Shown here piece by piece: positions 39,951 through 53,560 of a DNA stretch of 64,000 bases. The stretch spans positions 620,001 to 684,000 of the forward strand of contig OZ024755.1 in the NCBI GenBank assembly GCA_964016885.1, given 5' to 3'. The notes under the pieces were generated by a model. That model was not told the origin of the DNA, did no database searches, and saw nothing but the letters and a program-made list of their open reading frames with translations. The translations under genes were made by a program, and so were the position numbers. The stretch comes from Eledone cirrhosa. Taxonomy: Eukaryota. The stretch's first letter is position 1. Every line of letters begins with the position of its first letter.

Positions 39951-42317
39951 CACATTACTTTAATACTACAACCATCTTCACAATAATTAATGGTAGTAGT
40001 AGTAGTTGTAGTATAAATATTTCTCTAACACCACCATCATCATCATCATAGTTTATGGTGGTGGTGATGGTGGTCGAGTGAAGGTGGTAATTCTGTTTGT
40101 AATGAAGGTGATTTATTACTATAAGAATAATAATAATAACATTGATGCTGATGTTGCTGATGATGATAATGATGAAGATGATGATGATGAAGATGGTGAT
40201 GGTGGCAATTATAGTTGTAATGATGATGACGAATTTAGTTTAAATGTGATAAAGTAAGGTGTGTGTATCTTTTGGTGTAAGTGTCTGAGTGTGTGTGTGT
40301 TTGTGTGTGCATGTCTGTGTGTGTATTTTTATGTGTATTTGTGAGCGTGTGTGTGTGTGTGAGTGTGTGTCTATGTGTATCTCTGTGAATATGTGTGAAC
40401 ATTATATATACATATGATGAAGAAAGAAATGTAGCTGTGAAGTATTTCTATAAACGACCATTTCCTACATAACTACACAGTGTTGGTAGCTGTCTTCTCT
40501 CTGAAATACTAATAGAATTCTGACTGAACAGATGCTAAATTTCGGCAGACAATAGCAAGATTACAGGTGTTACACAACTATTTCCATGGCTTTGTTTTTA
40601 TTTTTGTCTCTTAATCAGACAGAAGTATATTGTCCATGACCTATTTCAGGGACCCTAAGACTTCTGTGAGGGAGGAACCTATCCTCAAAAGATATGATGG
40701 TAAACCCATGTGACCAGTTTAACACCATTGTCAAAGGCAGAGGTGGTATGGTGGAACTCTTTCAATCTGAAAAGCCATTTTGGCAGGAACAAACACTCTG
40801 TAAGCCCACTACCTTAGTCTGTCTCAAGCCTAGAGGCTCATCAGGCTGGTGTTCAGCCTAGTTTCCCTGGCTGGGAGTACAAGACTCCTGCACTGTATCA
40901 ATACCAGTTATAAAAGGAGGGACCCTGCCCTCATATCTGAACATTGTTGCTGTATTAGACTTCAGTTAAATGGATAAGTCCAAGGAAGGTTTAGTGTGTT
41001 GGTCATGGACACTGCACCATAGACACTACATCATAGACACTGCACCATGGACACCCAGCTATATAAGGACCCCACTCACACATCTGAAGGTTGTTACTTT
41101 GTAAGGCTTCAGTTAGGTAGACAATCCAGTGAAGGTTTGTTGGTTAGGGGCAATACCATGATAGGATCTCTATATCTTTGGTTGTTCCTCTCATTTCCAC
41201 ACAACTGAAGCCATCTGTATCTCTCCTCAGATCTTCAGAGAACAAAAAAAATAGCTTTTAATTCTCAATTACATATGTTCCTTAATGCTTCATGTGGTAA
41301 TATCTGAAGTAATGGTTCCATCTGGTCAATGTAAGAACTTAGAGTTGAATATAATGGCTGGTAGCTGATGGTAGAGGTGGTGTTAGTGGTATTATTGGTG
41401 TTGGTGGTGGTTTTGGTGGTATTGTTGGTGTGGGTGGTGGTGGTGGTTGTGGCGTTGCTGGTGTTGTTGGTGGGTAGCGGGTGATGGGTGGTAGTATATG
41501 GTAGTGTTTGTAGGTGGTGGGATGGAGTGTGGCATGTGACAGGGTGGTAGTAGTAGTGTTGGTGTTGATGATGATGATGATAACGATAGTGATTGTATTG
41601 ATGGTGATGTCGATGATTATAATGATGATAATGTGGCTTCTGTTTTTGATGATAAAAATAAAGTGAGTGAACATTATGTTTTGAGTCACTGCCTTTGGCT
41701 CTGTTGTGCAATTAAAGAGCGGCTAAAGCTAAACTACAAGTTGTTTATGGTAAACAACACACAAGTAGGAATAATACAATTATTTTATGTAATATTATTA
41801 TTCAACCAGAACTTCACATGAAGGCCAACATTGTTTTTTTTTTTTTTAAATGAATTAAATAAGGTATGTCTTTGTAACTGTCTCCACATCAAACATATAT
41901 TTACAGATGCTACTATGTTGAATTTCAATTGAGTTGTTATAACAATAGAAACCAATCAAATAATGCAATAATACACATGATGTCATCTGACCTTCTATTT
42001 CATATTGATCTATGTTGAGTAGTTGGAAATATAATTTTTATTGGAAAGCGATTCAATATTTTAACTTCATCAGTTGCCAGAGATCATAATGCTCTTACTG
42101 TCTTCTAAAAGTATTGCTCTCTCCAACAGTGTTGAGTAGCTGAGAAGTATTGATACTACCAGGGGATGACCAGAGTTTTTTGGCCTCTAATGTAACATGC
42201 TATTTGTTTTTCCTTTGTCATTCCTGCATCTACCACAGCGGAGATTGGAGATTTGCATACAAGGATAATACATTTTAAAAACTGCTTTTATATATAGAAA
42301 TATATATATATATATAT

Positions 42318-42350
<33 letters not shown>

Positions 42351-42351
<1 letters not shown>

Positions 42352-42960
42352 TAGGGTAGCCCTTAGCAATAAATAATTTTCCAAAAACTTTGCTGCTCCC
42401 ACCCCCTAATCCTGTTCCAATCAACAGAATCACGGGGTGGGCAAAATTTCAGTTCAACCGGACAACTGTTAGGCGACCCTCAAACACCTTGAAGTTGGAA
42501 CATAGTATACACAACGATTAATCTGTTCAAAAGTGGTTTACTGTTCCCTATCTCGACCATTTTCTTTTTTCTTCTTAGAGAAATTTATGTGGATACATCC
42601 AAGCAACCCCAGCAAATGTTTAAAAACATTCTGAATCAAATTTACCAATAGTTAATTTGAAAAATTCCTGAAATAACATGAAAAACTTAAGAAATATTAG
42701 GTTTTCTTAATAAAGCACACAATTTCTATGAGAGAAACGCATTTTTATTTACAACAATAATTTCTATAGAATCAAAAACATGATGTGAACACTGAACATT
42801 AAACATTATTTTTACATAAGAGAGGATTTAGTGGCAGTTGGGTATGTTTTACGGTTTTTGGTAATGATCTGTAAAATAAACTGTTTCTCAGTTTCATCTT
42901 TTGTGAGAATGTTATTGTAATCCTGAATGAGTTTGACACCTCTTTCTGCAACATCATTCA
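42351..42960 (-). mobile_element. DNA transposon 3' end, hAT (hATm-like) transposase C-terminus and terminus
   Basis: 42812-42958 minus translates NDVAERGVKLIQDYNNILTKDETEKQFILQIITKNRKTYPTATKSSLM*, containing the ND.AERG motif. The element boundary reads TTAGGGT next to (TA)n. Subfamily assignment is from memory. Confidence 0.65.
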
Positions 42961-42963
42961 AAA

Positions 42964-43400
42964 TTGGACAGAGAACTCCACAACATTGTCACTGCTCACA
43001 TGGTCCATGGGCCATGCGGAAACGGTTTCAACATGAATTCTTCATGCATTAAAGAAAGGTGCACCAAGAGGTATCCTAGGCCATTCCTCCGAGAAACTTG
43101 GACAGGTGGCGATGGTTATCCATTATACCACCGCAGGGAGCCAGCGGACAGAGGAATTGTTGCGAAAACACCACATCACAACATCGACAACCGGTGGATT
43201 GTACCCTACTGCTCACTTCTGCTTAAATTGTTTAACGCCCACATTAACGTTGAATACTGCCACTCCGTCAAATTGATAAAGTACGTCTGCAAGTATATCA
43301 ATAAGGGGTCTGATGCTGCGTCCTTCGGTCTTACAATGGAGAACAACCGAGATGAAGTAACTCGATACCAGGTTGGCCGATACATCAGCAGCAAATTTAG
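42964..43400 (+). mobile_element. Helitron Rep/helicase internal fragment
   Basis: MVHGPCG, CTKRYPRPF, DGYPLYHRR, IDNRWIVPY, AHINVEYC and IKYVCKYINKGSD are characteristic Helitron Rep motifs. Confidence 0.92.
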
Positions 43401-43432
43401 TAGATAAATTATGTAATATTCATTCATTATTT

Positions 43433-43712
43433 ATTACGGGGTCGAGAAAATAAAGTACCAGTAATGTACTGGTTAATTGCTGGCCTTGTGCCAAAAGTAG
43501 AAACAATTATTTATTAAAAGGGCGGTGGATTGGCAGTATTGGTAGAGAGTCGGACGCCATGCTTTGCAGCAAAGAGTTACGGCCCTTTATGGTCTGAGTT
43601 CAAATCCCGCCGAGGTTAACTTTGCCTTTCATCCTTACAGGATCGATAAAATAAAGTACCAGTAATACACTGGGTATTTGCTGGCCTTGTGCCAAAAGTA
43701 GAAACAATTACT
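43433..43712 (+). mobile_element. SINE family A: partial copy followed by a full copy (43519-43712)
   Basis: Matches 32832-33022. Confidence 0.85.
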
Positions 43713-44357
43713 TATTAAAAGTAATCCAACTTATTTTACTAACGGGATAAAAAAAAAAACGTACGCAGTCCCGCAGACCTTCGTTTATTATAGTTTAGAT
43801 GTTGCTGAAGAATCTGTTGACTTTCTCTTGGAAAACTTACACCATTATTGAGAACTGTTAAAGAATTAAAACTGCTTCTCTCTCACCCTCGCTCTCTTTT
43901 CTCTCTCTCTCTCTCACACATCCTCTCTCTTTCTCTCACTCTTGTACTGTCTACATTTATGTTTGTCTCTCTCTCCACACTCACCCACACACAACATTCA
44001 AAATCTTGGTCTTCGTTATTGCATTTCTAATTAATAACAATAACACCCATGGTCAATTTACAGTCTGGTATGTTAATGATGATGATGGTGATATTGACAA
44101 TGATGCTAATGATGATGATAAGATTTAATGAACAACTAATTAATGGTGGTCATAATAGGTGGAGGGGAGGGGGGTGGAGAAGAATTACACAAAATCTTAA
44201 TCTTTGACACCCCCTCCCCCACACTGCCCCCCCCTCTCCCAGCTTTTATGGAGAATGTGTTATACTATTATTATTATTATTATTATTATCAATGTGTCAC
44301 AATTAATTAATATTGCTCCAATACCAAATGTTGCTTTTGAAATAAAAACACAAAAGG

Positions 44358-44432
44358 ACAGATAGACAGGCAGATAGATATAGACAGACAGACAGACAGA
44401 CAGATAGATAGATAGATAGATAGATAGATGTG

Positions 44433-44485
<53 letters not shown>

Positions 44486-44488
44486 GTG

Positions 44489-44528
<40 letters not shown>
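44358..44528. repeat. (GACA)/(GATA)n microsatellite
   Basis: Direct reading. Confidence 0.95.
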
Positions 44529-44995
44529 GCAGTTGGATAATAGTTTGTATATAATTACAAACATAGAAAATGTTTCTTCTTTGAATTCCTAAACTCAGTG
44601 TGATGGAAATATTAATAGTGTCCTGAAAGCAAATATAAAGGATATGTCTCCTTAATGCTGTTTAGAAGATCAGACATTGAAGAAATCTATTGAAAAAGAT
44701 GCTTTGACATTTAATGCTCTATCATATATGAAAGTATTGAAATTTCTTCAAGCCAGCAATATCTTACATCTGGTTAAAGTTTCATAATGAGATTCATATC
44801 TGAGATTTAGTTTTCACTTTTCATTATCTCATTTCTCTCATCTTTTCATCTCCCTTTTTCTATCGTTTTCCTTTACTCCCAACTAAATATATATATACTG
44901 TTTTATATATATATATAGTAATAATAATAAATTTGAAGACTAAAATCCAAAGAGGGCTCGATAAGGATAAATATATATCAGATATATAAGAACTG

Positions 44996-45144
44996 TATTA
45001 AAATAACAGATTAAAGTTTAAGCAAAGAATCGCTGCTTTCACCTTTAACGGTATCTTCACAGATTGACTCTTTTGGTTTCAGAAGATCCCGTTAAGGGTG
45101 AAAGCAGCGATTCTTTGCTTAAACTTTAATCTGTTATTTTAATA
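44996..45144. repeat. 63-bp-arm inverted repeat in a (TA)n-flanked element
   Basis: 44996-45058 / 45082-45144 are reverse complements with about two mismatches. Confidence 0.88.
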
Positions 45145-45205
45145 AATATATATATATATAGTGACGAAACATAAGTCAATTGCATGAACTCATAATCCTT
45201 TATTT

Positions 45206-45261
45206 ACTGCTATATATATTTTGATGATAGCTATTGAATGGCTATGACCTCATCAGGCAGT
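45206..45261 (-). ncRNA. Decayed type I hammerhead motif, same family as 10729-10783
   Basis: ACUGC-CUGAUGA-GGUCAUAGCCA uucaa UAGCUAUCAUC-AAAA-UAUAUA-UA-GCAGU; GAAA is replaced by AAAA, so probably inactive. Confidence 0.75.
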
Positions 45262-45489
45262 TAGTCAGTTCTTAGATATGCCAGCTCTGTGTTTATGGTG
45301 TTGGTGGTATCAGAGCCTTGGGACATATGAGCTTGTTAGGAATAATTTAATGTTGTCAGCAGGAATAGTCTTAATTCTCATTGGTCAGTTTGTAGATGCT
45401 AGTATGGTTGGTATTTGACCTCAAAAAGGCAGGTGGTGTTATAAAGTTCAAACCGTCAGGCAAGATGACAATAGTTCCATATGACTCAT

Positions 45490-45532
<43 letters not shown>

Positions 45533-45645
45533 ATATGTATATAATTTATATAGTTATTTATAAACATATATATATATATGTCATATATATATATGTATTT
45601 ATATATATATATATATATATATATGTATTTATATATATATATATT

Positions 45646-45679
<34 letters not shown>

Positions 45680-45682
45680 ATG

Positions 45683-45719
<37 letters not shown>

Positions 45720-45884
45720 GTCATATATATATAATGTCATATATATATATGTATTTATATATATAAATATATATATATGTATTTCTATATACACATATAC
45801 AATATATACAGATGTACACACACTCACTTGTGTGTGTACATCTGTAAGAATCATTGCTGCTTAAGCCCCTAACCATCATTATTT

Positions 45885-46077
45885 CACTGTGGATTGGCAG
45901 TATCAGTAGAGGGTCGGACTCCATGCTTTGACGCATAGAGTTACGGTCCTTGCCATTCTGAGTTCAAATCCCGCCAAGGTTTACTTTGCCTTTCATCCTT
46001 ACGGGGTCGATAAAATAAAGTACCAGTAATGTACTGGGTAATTGCTGGCCTTGTGCCAAAAAGTAGAAACAATTATT
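45885..46077 (+). mobile_element. SINE family A
   Basis: Matches 32832-33022. Confidence 0.85.
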
Positions 46078-46362
46078 TCACTATTTATCTCCCCCCCCCC
46101 CCCCGCTCATAATTGTCTCCCTATTTAACATTTCAACCCCCCCCCCCCTCTGCTGTGGTTATATTTACAATACAATGTCTCTCTCTCTCTCACTCCAAAA
46201 GTCTTCATTCCAGGAGGTCTCACTGAAATACCCTGCACGACTCTTTCAGCTACACTGTCTGAAGTCTTCATTGGCCTTCTTCAATACATATACATACATA
46301 TATATGTGTGTGTATGTGTGTATATTTATAGGTATATGTATATACATATGTGTGTGTATAGA

Positions 46363-46409
<47 letters not shown>

Positions 46410-46911
46410 ATGTGTATATTTATATATATGTATATATATATATGTGTGTATATATTTATGTGTGTGTGTATAAATATTTTACATTCATCTTATTCACAGT
46501 CACACAGTCACATTTTTATACAATTCCCGTTTCCTCCTTTGATATTATATTTCTATAGCAAACCCAACTATATTAACTTGAGACAAGTAAAGGTTAGTTA
46601 ACTCTCACTTGATAGTGAAGTGTTTCTCTTACTTAATCTTGTCAGCTTTAATTCCTCAAGACTATCACCAATATCACCGGCAGGTAAATATTGTTGATCA
46701 ATATTTAAAGAAACCAAAGAAAAGCAAAGGGGGACAATTGAAATCAAAAAGAAAATGACATTCCTTTTGAGAACTTACCAATTTTGTTACATGCATATAC
46801 ATTTACATATCTTTCTCCTTCTCTCTATCTCTATCTATAAATATATATATATGTGTGTGTGTATGTGTGTGTGTTTGTGTATGCAAAAACACTTGATATA
46901 GCAGGAAAAGA

Positions 46912-46949
46912 ATCTTAACGTTTCAGACACTAGTCCTTCATCAGAAGAT
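46912..46949 (-). ncRNA. Very short type I hammerhead-like motif
   Basis: AUCUU-CUGAUGA-A-GGAC uagu GUCU-GAAA-CG-UU-AAGAU; palindrome AACGUU; one extra A after the core. Confidence 0.65.
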
Positions 46950-48459
46950 AGAATGAGAAATAAAAGATGAAATATAAAGATGAAAGGAACTTGCACACAC
47001 ACACACACACACATACATACATCCATATATATATGGAAAAAATAAATGGAAACAACAAAGCAAACAACACAGTGCAGTGAAGAAAAATATTAGTAGTTTA
47101 AAGCTTGATATAGTAGGGAAAGAGGACTATATATATATATATATATGCAGTGGGTGGGGGCTGATAAGATGATAATACATTTTTGTCTGTGCATGCTGTG
47201 TAACTGGGTGCATCTTCCACTATATATACTCACCTATATATATATCTATATATACACACACACATAGTGTCTGGGTTATGGAGTATGTCCTACCCCCAAC
47301 CCACTCCACCCCACCTATGAATGAAAAATTGATTTTGTGACAAATTTTCTTTTTGCAGATTTGTAATATAATAGCTTTAAAATATATCGTTAGGAAAAAA
47401 GTTAAAAATGAAATAGTTACAGATTTTGTACCGAGACAGGAAAAAGTGTGGGTGGCTGGTAAAAATGGAAACATTAACTTTTCTAATATTGTTTTTCTGA
47501 ATCGTAATTTCTGACGTTTCAGAAAAAATTAGAAAAATTAAAAAATGAATAAATTAAAAAAAAAAATTCAAGCAGAAATCTTTTTCATATGTTCCAGTAC
47601 AGTCTGTAAAGTTGGAGTGCTGGTGCCATCATGAAATGCACTCAATATATTCGGTAAAGTGGTAGCACCAATGACATGGTAAAGTGCACCTAGTACACTC
47701 TGTAAAGTGATAGTGCGGGTGATGTATTCACATGGAACCTGGTGTATCAAGGAAGGTATAAACCTGACTGCGATGCCTAGCAGTTTCGGCTTGTATGCAG
47801 AAAGTCTTCTCAAGGCTATACCTTCCTTTACACCCATGCTGCAAGAGGACTTGATACATGGGATAGTAGAGTGTAAATATAAAGAGTCACGGCCCGATGG
47901 CTGAGCTCTTGTTGTTTTGACAGCAAATATATCTAAAATCATCCTTTTATGTCAATTTTTCCATGCCTGCATGAGTTATACACACACACACACACATATA
48001 TATATATGTTTCATTATCATCCGTATCAACCTCCTTTTTACATCCATTTTTTCTCCATACTTGCATGGGTTGTACACATATACACATGCTAAATATAGAT
48101 TCAAATATACACATGCTAAATATAGATTCAAATATAAAAATAATATATTTAATTTGCATGTTCATTATTGATTGCTGTTTTATTCTCATTGAATGATCTA
48201 TTGTTATGATTTGTGAACGATAGTACGGACAATAACTACAATATATGGCTTATTAGCTCTATTCAAATCTATATTTGTCTGTTGCAAAAATGTACAGGAA
48301 ATGGTTAAATAAAACATCTGAAAATGGTTTGTCATGTCCAATGGAAAACAAGCGGCTTATTGGATTAAAGTCTAAGACCAACAGCTATGGAAAATTCCTT
48401 TGAAATTAATTTTCTCTCAAATCTAAATATTATTATTATTATTATTGTCATTGTTGCTG

Positions 48460-48502
<43 letters not shown>

Positions 48503-49907
48503 GTATTCAGAATAGAACATCTCTAGCCACAAGTCATAATGGCCTATTAAATCAGTAATGATATTAAGTTTCTAAAAGAGACAAATTTCATTCCACCCTT
48601 CTGGATGAAACGCTATCGCCTCCAGAAATAGGGTTTCCTATTATAGTAGTTGTTGTTATTGTTGTTGCAACTGATGTAATCAGTTTTATGGAATCAGTGA
48701 ATTTAGATGAAATATCAAGGTTCAACAGCCTAGAGATAATTTGATGTTTTTGTAGTGTAACATTATAGTGTTGTGTATGGCATGATGGGCAACAGTTGTA
48801 GAATTGGGAGAAGAAGCATTTAACTCAATATTGATTTCTAGTATAGGGATGAGACCTTAAATTGACAAGATGGGTTTATACTTTCTAATATTCAACTGGT
48901 ACATGTTATGGCGCATGAAGCATTGGGCTTGTAATCGAAAGGTTGTCATTTCAATTCTCGGACCGGGTGATGTGGTGTTTCCTTAAGCAAGACACTTTAT
49001 TTCACGTTGCTCCAGTTTACTCAGCTGTAGAAATGAGATGATAGGACTGGGGTCCCTATCATTAAAATTTCCCAAGACACCTCCAACGAGATATACCTTG
49101 GAGGAGGCCAGCTAAACCTGCTGTGTGAGCTGTAACAACAACAACAACATGTTATAAAATGTAACAAATTGGCAGTCTTTAGAGCATCAGAAAGAATGCT
49201 TTGCAGTATTTATTTCGGCTTTCTACTCTCAAATCCTGCCAAGGTCAACTTTGCCTTTCATCCATTCGAGGTCGATAAAAGATGTTTCTACTATTCAACT
49301 GGTTTATGAAGTGGCAAATTGGCAGAGTTGTTAGAGCATCAGAAAGAAAGCTTTGTGGTATCTATTTCAATTCTCTGCTCTCTAAGTTTGTTTACTGACA
49401 CCTACTGGCTATTGTAATATCACTGACACAACATTTACATTGAGATCCTTCTTCAGTTATTTTCTTAGTTTCAATGTAAACAGGACAATCCATAGCAGAC
49501 TGCTAAAAATAACAGCCAAATCGACTTCACTTAAGGCCATTTATGACTGAAAGGGGTTCTTTGTTTGTTTTTAAATGTTTGGCAAAAAAGACAGGATAGT
49601 CATGGCTGGAATAGTTTTATTTAAGTTTGTTCAGTGTTGACTGAGACTTAAACTATATCATAACATCAACAAAAGACAGGATGGTCGTGGCTGGAATGAG
49701 AGTTAAACAATAACATCAAACAATAAAACAATTTAGTCTCTTTGCCTCGTAAATACTAAACGAACTAATCAGATTAAATGTCTGGGTAAATATTTTATAT
49801 TTAATGTCATTTATTTAAATTTATCTCTCTCGCTTTCTTTCTCTCCTTCTCTCCCTCTTTCTTTCTCTCTCTCTTTCCCTCTTTCTCTCTCTCTTTCTCT
49901 CTCATAT

Positions 49908-49940
<33 letters not shown>

Positions 49941-50727
49941 GAAAAAATGATGAAATCGAAAATGGAACAATATATATATACATACACAGATATACATACA
50001 TGCATATATTACATGAACATATACATATACATATACACACAGATATACACATATATATATATATAAACGCACATATACACACACACACACATATACATAT
50101 ATATATATGTGTGTGTATATGTGAATATCCACACACACATATATATACACACACACACATATATATACACACACATCCTCACTTAACAGTATCAAAGTAT
50201 CTCAGGTTACATAAAGCTGGGAAAAATTAAGGTGGCTATGTGTGTGTATATATATGTATGTGTATATATGTGTGTATATATGTGTGTATATATATGTGTA
50301 TATGTATGTATATATAAGTGTATATGTATGTGTGTATATATGTGTGTATATATATGTATATATATATGTATGTATGTATATATAAGTGTGTATGTATGTG
50401 TGTATATATGTATGTATATATATGTGTATATATGTGTGTATATATATGTATATATATGTGTGTATGTGATACTAAGCTGGCTACAATCTTTCTCAGACAT
50501 TACTATATCAATATAAAATATGAAGTAGTAGAGTTGTTAGAGTATAAGGCTCAGTAATTCTACTAACTCACTCTGTCTTGAGTTCAAATCCTGCCAAAGT
50601 CAACTTTACTTTTTGTTCTTTCAGGGTCAGTAAAATAAAGTACCAGTCCAGGGAGGTCTTGTACTTTATTTTATTGGCAGAATTTGAGAGCATTAGAATT
50701 ATTTCCAACACACTGATGTGTGTATGA

Positions 50728-50908
50728 GTCAGTATCGGTAGAGGGTTGGACGCCATGCTTTGACGCATAGAGTTACGGCCCTTGCCATTCTGAGTTCAAA
50801 TCCAGCCGAAGTTAACTTTGTCTTTCATCCTTACACGGTCGATAAAATAAAGTACCAGTAATGCACTGGGTAATTGCTGGCTTTGTGCCAAAAGTAGAAA
50901 CAATTATT
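50728..50908 (+). mobile_element. SINE family A (further partial copies at 50578-50650 and 50995-51160)
   Basis: Matches 32832-33022. Confidence 0.85.
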
Positions 50909-51489
50909 ACTGATACAAGTGTAGTGAATGTCAGTCATCTCTAGTGTGTGATAGGACAGACAGACAGAAGTCACTTAAATTTATATATAGATTAGTGTCG
51001 GACAATGTTTTACAGCATAGAGTTACGGCCCTTTATGTTCTAAGTTTAAATCCTGCTGAGGTTAGCTTTGACTTTCATCCTTGCGGGATTGATAAAATAA
51101 AGTACCAGTAACTCACTGGGGTCGATTTAATTGAATTTCCACTCCAAATCAGAAACAATTGTACCTAGACTTACCCTTTATTACATGTTCCAGCTGACTG
51201 AGGCCATGCTGGGGCATGTTCTAGCTGACTGAGGCCATGCTGGGGCACCACCATTATACTTAGACTTCTACAGAAAACAAAGGATACAGTTATTCTCTTC
51301 AGGGCATTGAACCATTTATGTGTTGAGTTCTACAATATTGAATGTGATGGAGTTAGAGAAATGGTTTCTTCACTGAAAAGGTTGAAGGAAATCAATCTCC
51401 TTAGCATCTGCTTCCAACAAAACATGCCAATCTCTCCTTCTACAATGTGTGTGTGTGTATGTGTGTGTGTCTTTGCCAATCAATGTGTG

Positions 51490-52064
<575 letters not shown>

Positions 52065-52378
52065 TCAGGAGAATTCAATAAGGAAACATAATTTTTGGCT
52101 CAACAAAAGAAGCTGATTTCTTTTGTTTGTTATAGTTTGATGGCAGTGTAACCTCACACCAATGTTACATAACATTTACACTTCTACCACATATATATTA
52201 CTCTCTCCCTCTCTCTACATATATATTACTCTCTCTCTCTCTCTCTACATATATATTACTCTCTCTCTCTCTCTCTACATATACATTGTTCTTTCTATAC
52301 ATACATAATCCTCTCTCTGTCACTCACTCTTTCTCTGTCTCCCTCATACTTTATCTCTCTTCATCTTCCACACACACA

Positions 52379-52435
<57 letters not shown>

Positions 52436-52809
52436 CAAACCAGTCTCATGTCTTAAGTTCAATAATATTGATTCCTAATAAAGGTACAATAACTTCTATT
52501 TTAGAGTTTATTATTGGAGTCAATATTATTGACTCCAAGACTTTGCTGGTACATACTTATATAATTGACCTGACATCGAGGAAATACAAACTTACACATA
52601 TTTCATGAAGAGAGTTAGTTTACTATGATAACAGTAATAAAACAGGCAAACACTCAGTATTTATTTGTGTGTGTGTGTGTGTATATACATACACACACAC
52701 ACATGTTTATATATATATGTATATATATTTAAAGGTGAAACAAGGTTCAATGAATAGTCATGACTGAATCTTAACCATCTACTATGTCAGGGTATGTCAT
52801 GCATCATCT

Positions 52810-52876
52810 TATTTTATCTGATGAGGACGTACTGTTGAAGTTAGCTCAGTACCTCTGAAATATGTGTAATAAAATA
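52810..52876 (+). ncRNA. Type I hammerhead ribozyme motif
   Basis: UAUUUUAU-CUGAUGA-GGACGUACUG uugaaguuagcu CAGUACCUCU-GAAA-UAUGUG-UA-AUAAAAUA. Perfect 8-bp stem I; in a (TA)n-flanked segment (~52725-52925). Confidence 0.8.
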
Positions 52877-53358
52877 TACTTGATCACACGAATGTCTATT
52901 TTTGTTAATATTTTGAATTAATATATATATACATATATATATATAATGTGTGTATGGTCTTTGATTTAATATGAATGAAACAGTTCTAGTCCTGTAGAGG
53001 TAATTTCTATATATACTTAGAGTGTAGAGAACTGGAACAAATACCAAGGCATTTAATCCAATATTCTAGAAACTGGCAATTGTTTGCTTTCTAGATTTCT
53101 ATTACTAAACCTCTCCAAATTCTTGTTTATTTTCGAAATTATTTTGAAATAATAGGCAGAATTTTCCATTAGAAAATATGGTAAAGAAAGGGTTAAAATA
53201 ATTTTAAATTTGAATAAAATCATTTATTTACTTTTTAATTACATGCATTCCTGAACAAAAACCTTATTGGATGGGTGAGTTCAAAGTGGGGTTCCAACAA
53301 TCCTAGCATTGCTTCGCTGCATATATTACTTAAATATATTAAATGGCTACTATAATAA

Positions 53359-53560
53359 TGGCACAAGGCCAGCAATTTTGGGGTGGAGGGGAAAGTCGAC
53401 TAAATCAACCACAATGCAGCACTGGTACTTTATTTTATCGATTCCATAAGGATGAAAGGCAAAGTTAACCTCGGCAGATTTGAACTCAGAACGCAAAGGG
53501 CCATAACTCTATGCTGCAAAGCATGGTGTCTGATGCTCTACCGACACAGCCAATCCACCA
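53359..53560 (-). mobile_element. SINE family A, longer variant (others on minus: 4630-4728, 29117-29250, 31718-31797, 38400-38565, 55170-55335)
   Basis: Reverse complement of the family A head, core and tail. Confidence 0.8.

Noticed and set aside
47568-47942. 124-aa ORF
   Set aside because: Overlaps degenerate repeat sequence similar to the RTE/SINE tail; no protein motif.
51184-51246. Small direct duplications (also 48076-48135, 52190-52285, 63385-63463)
   Set aside because: Ordinary slippage duplications with no sign of function.
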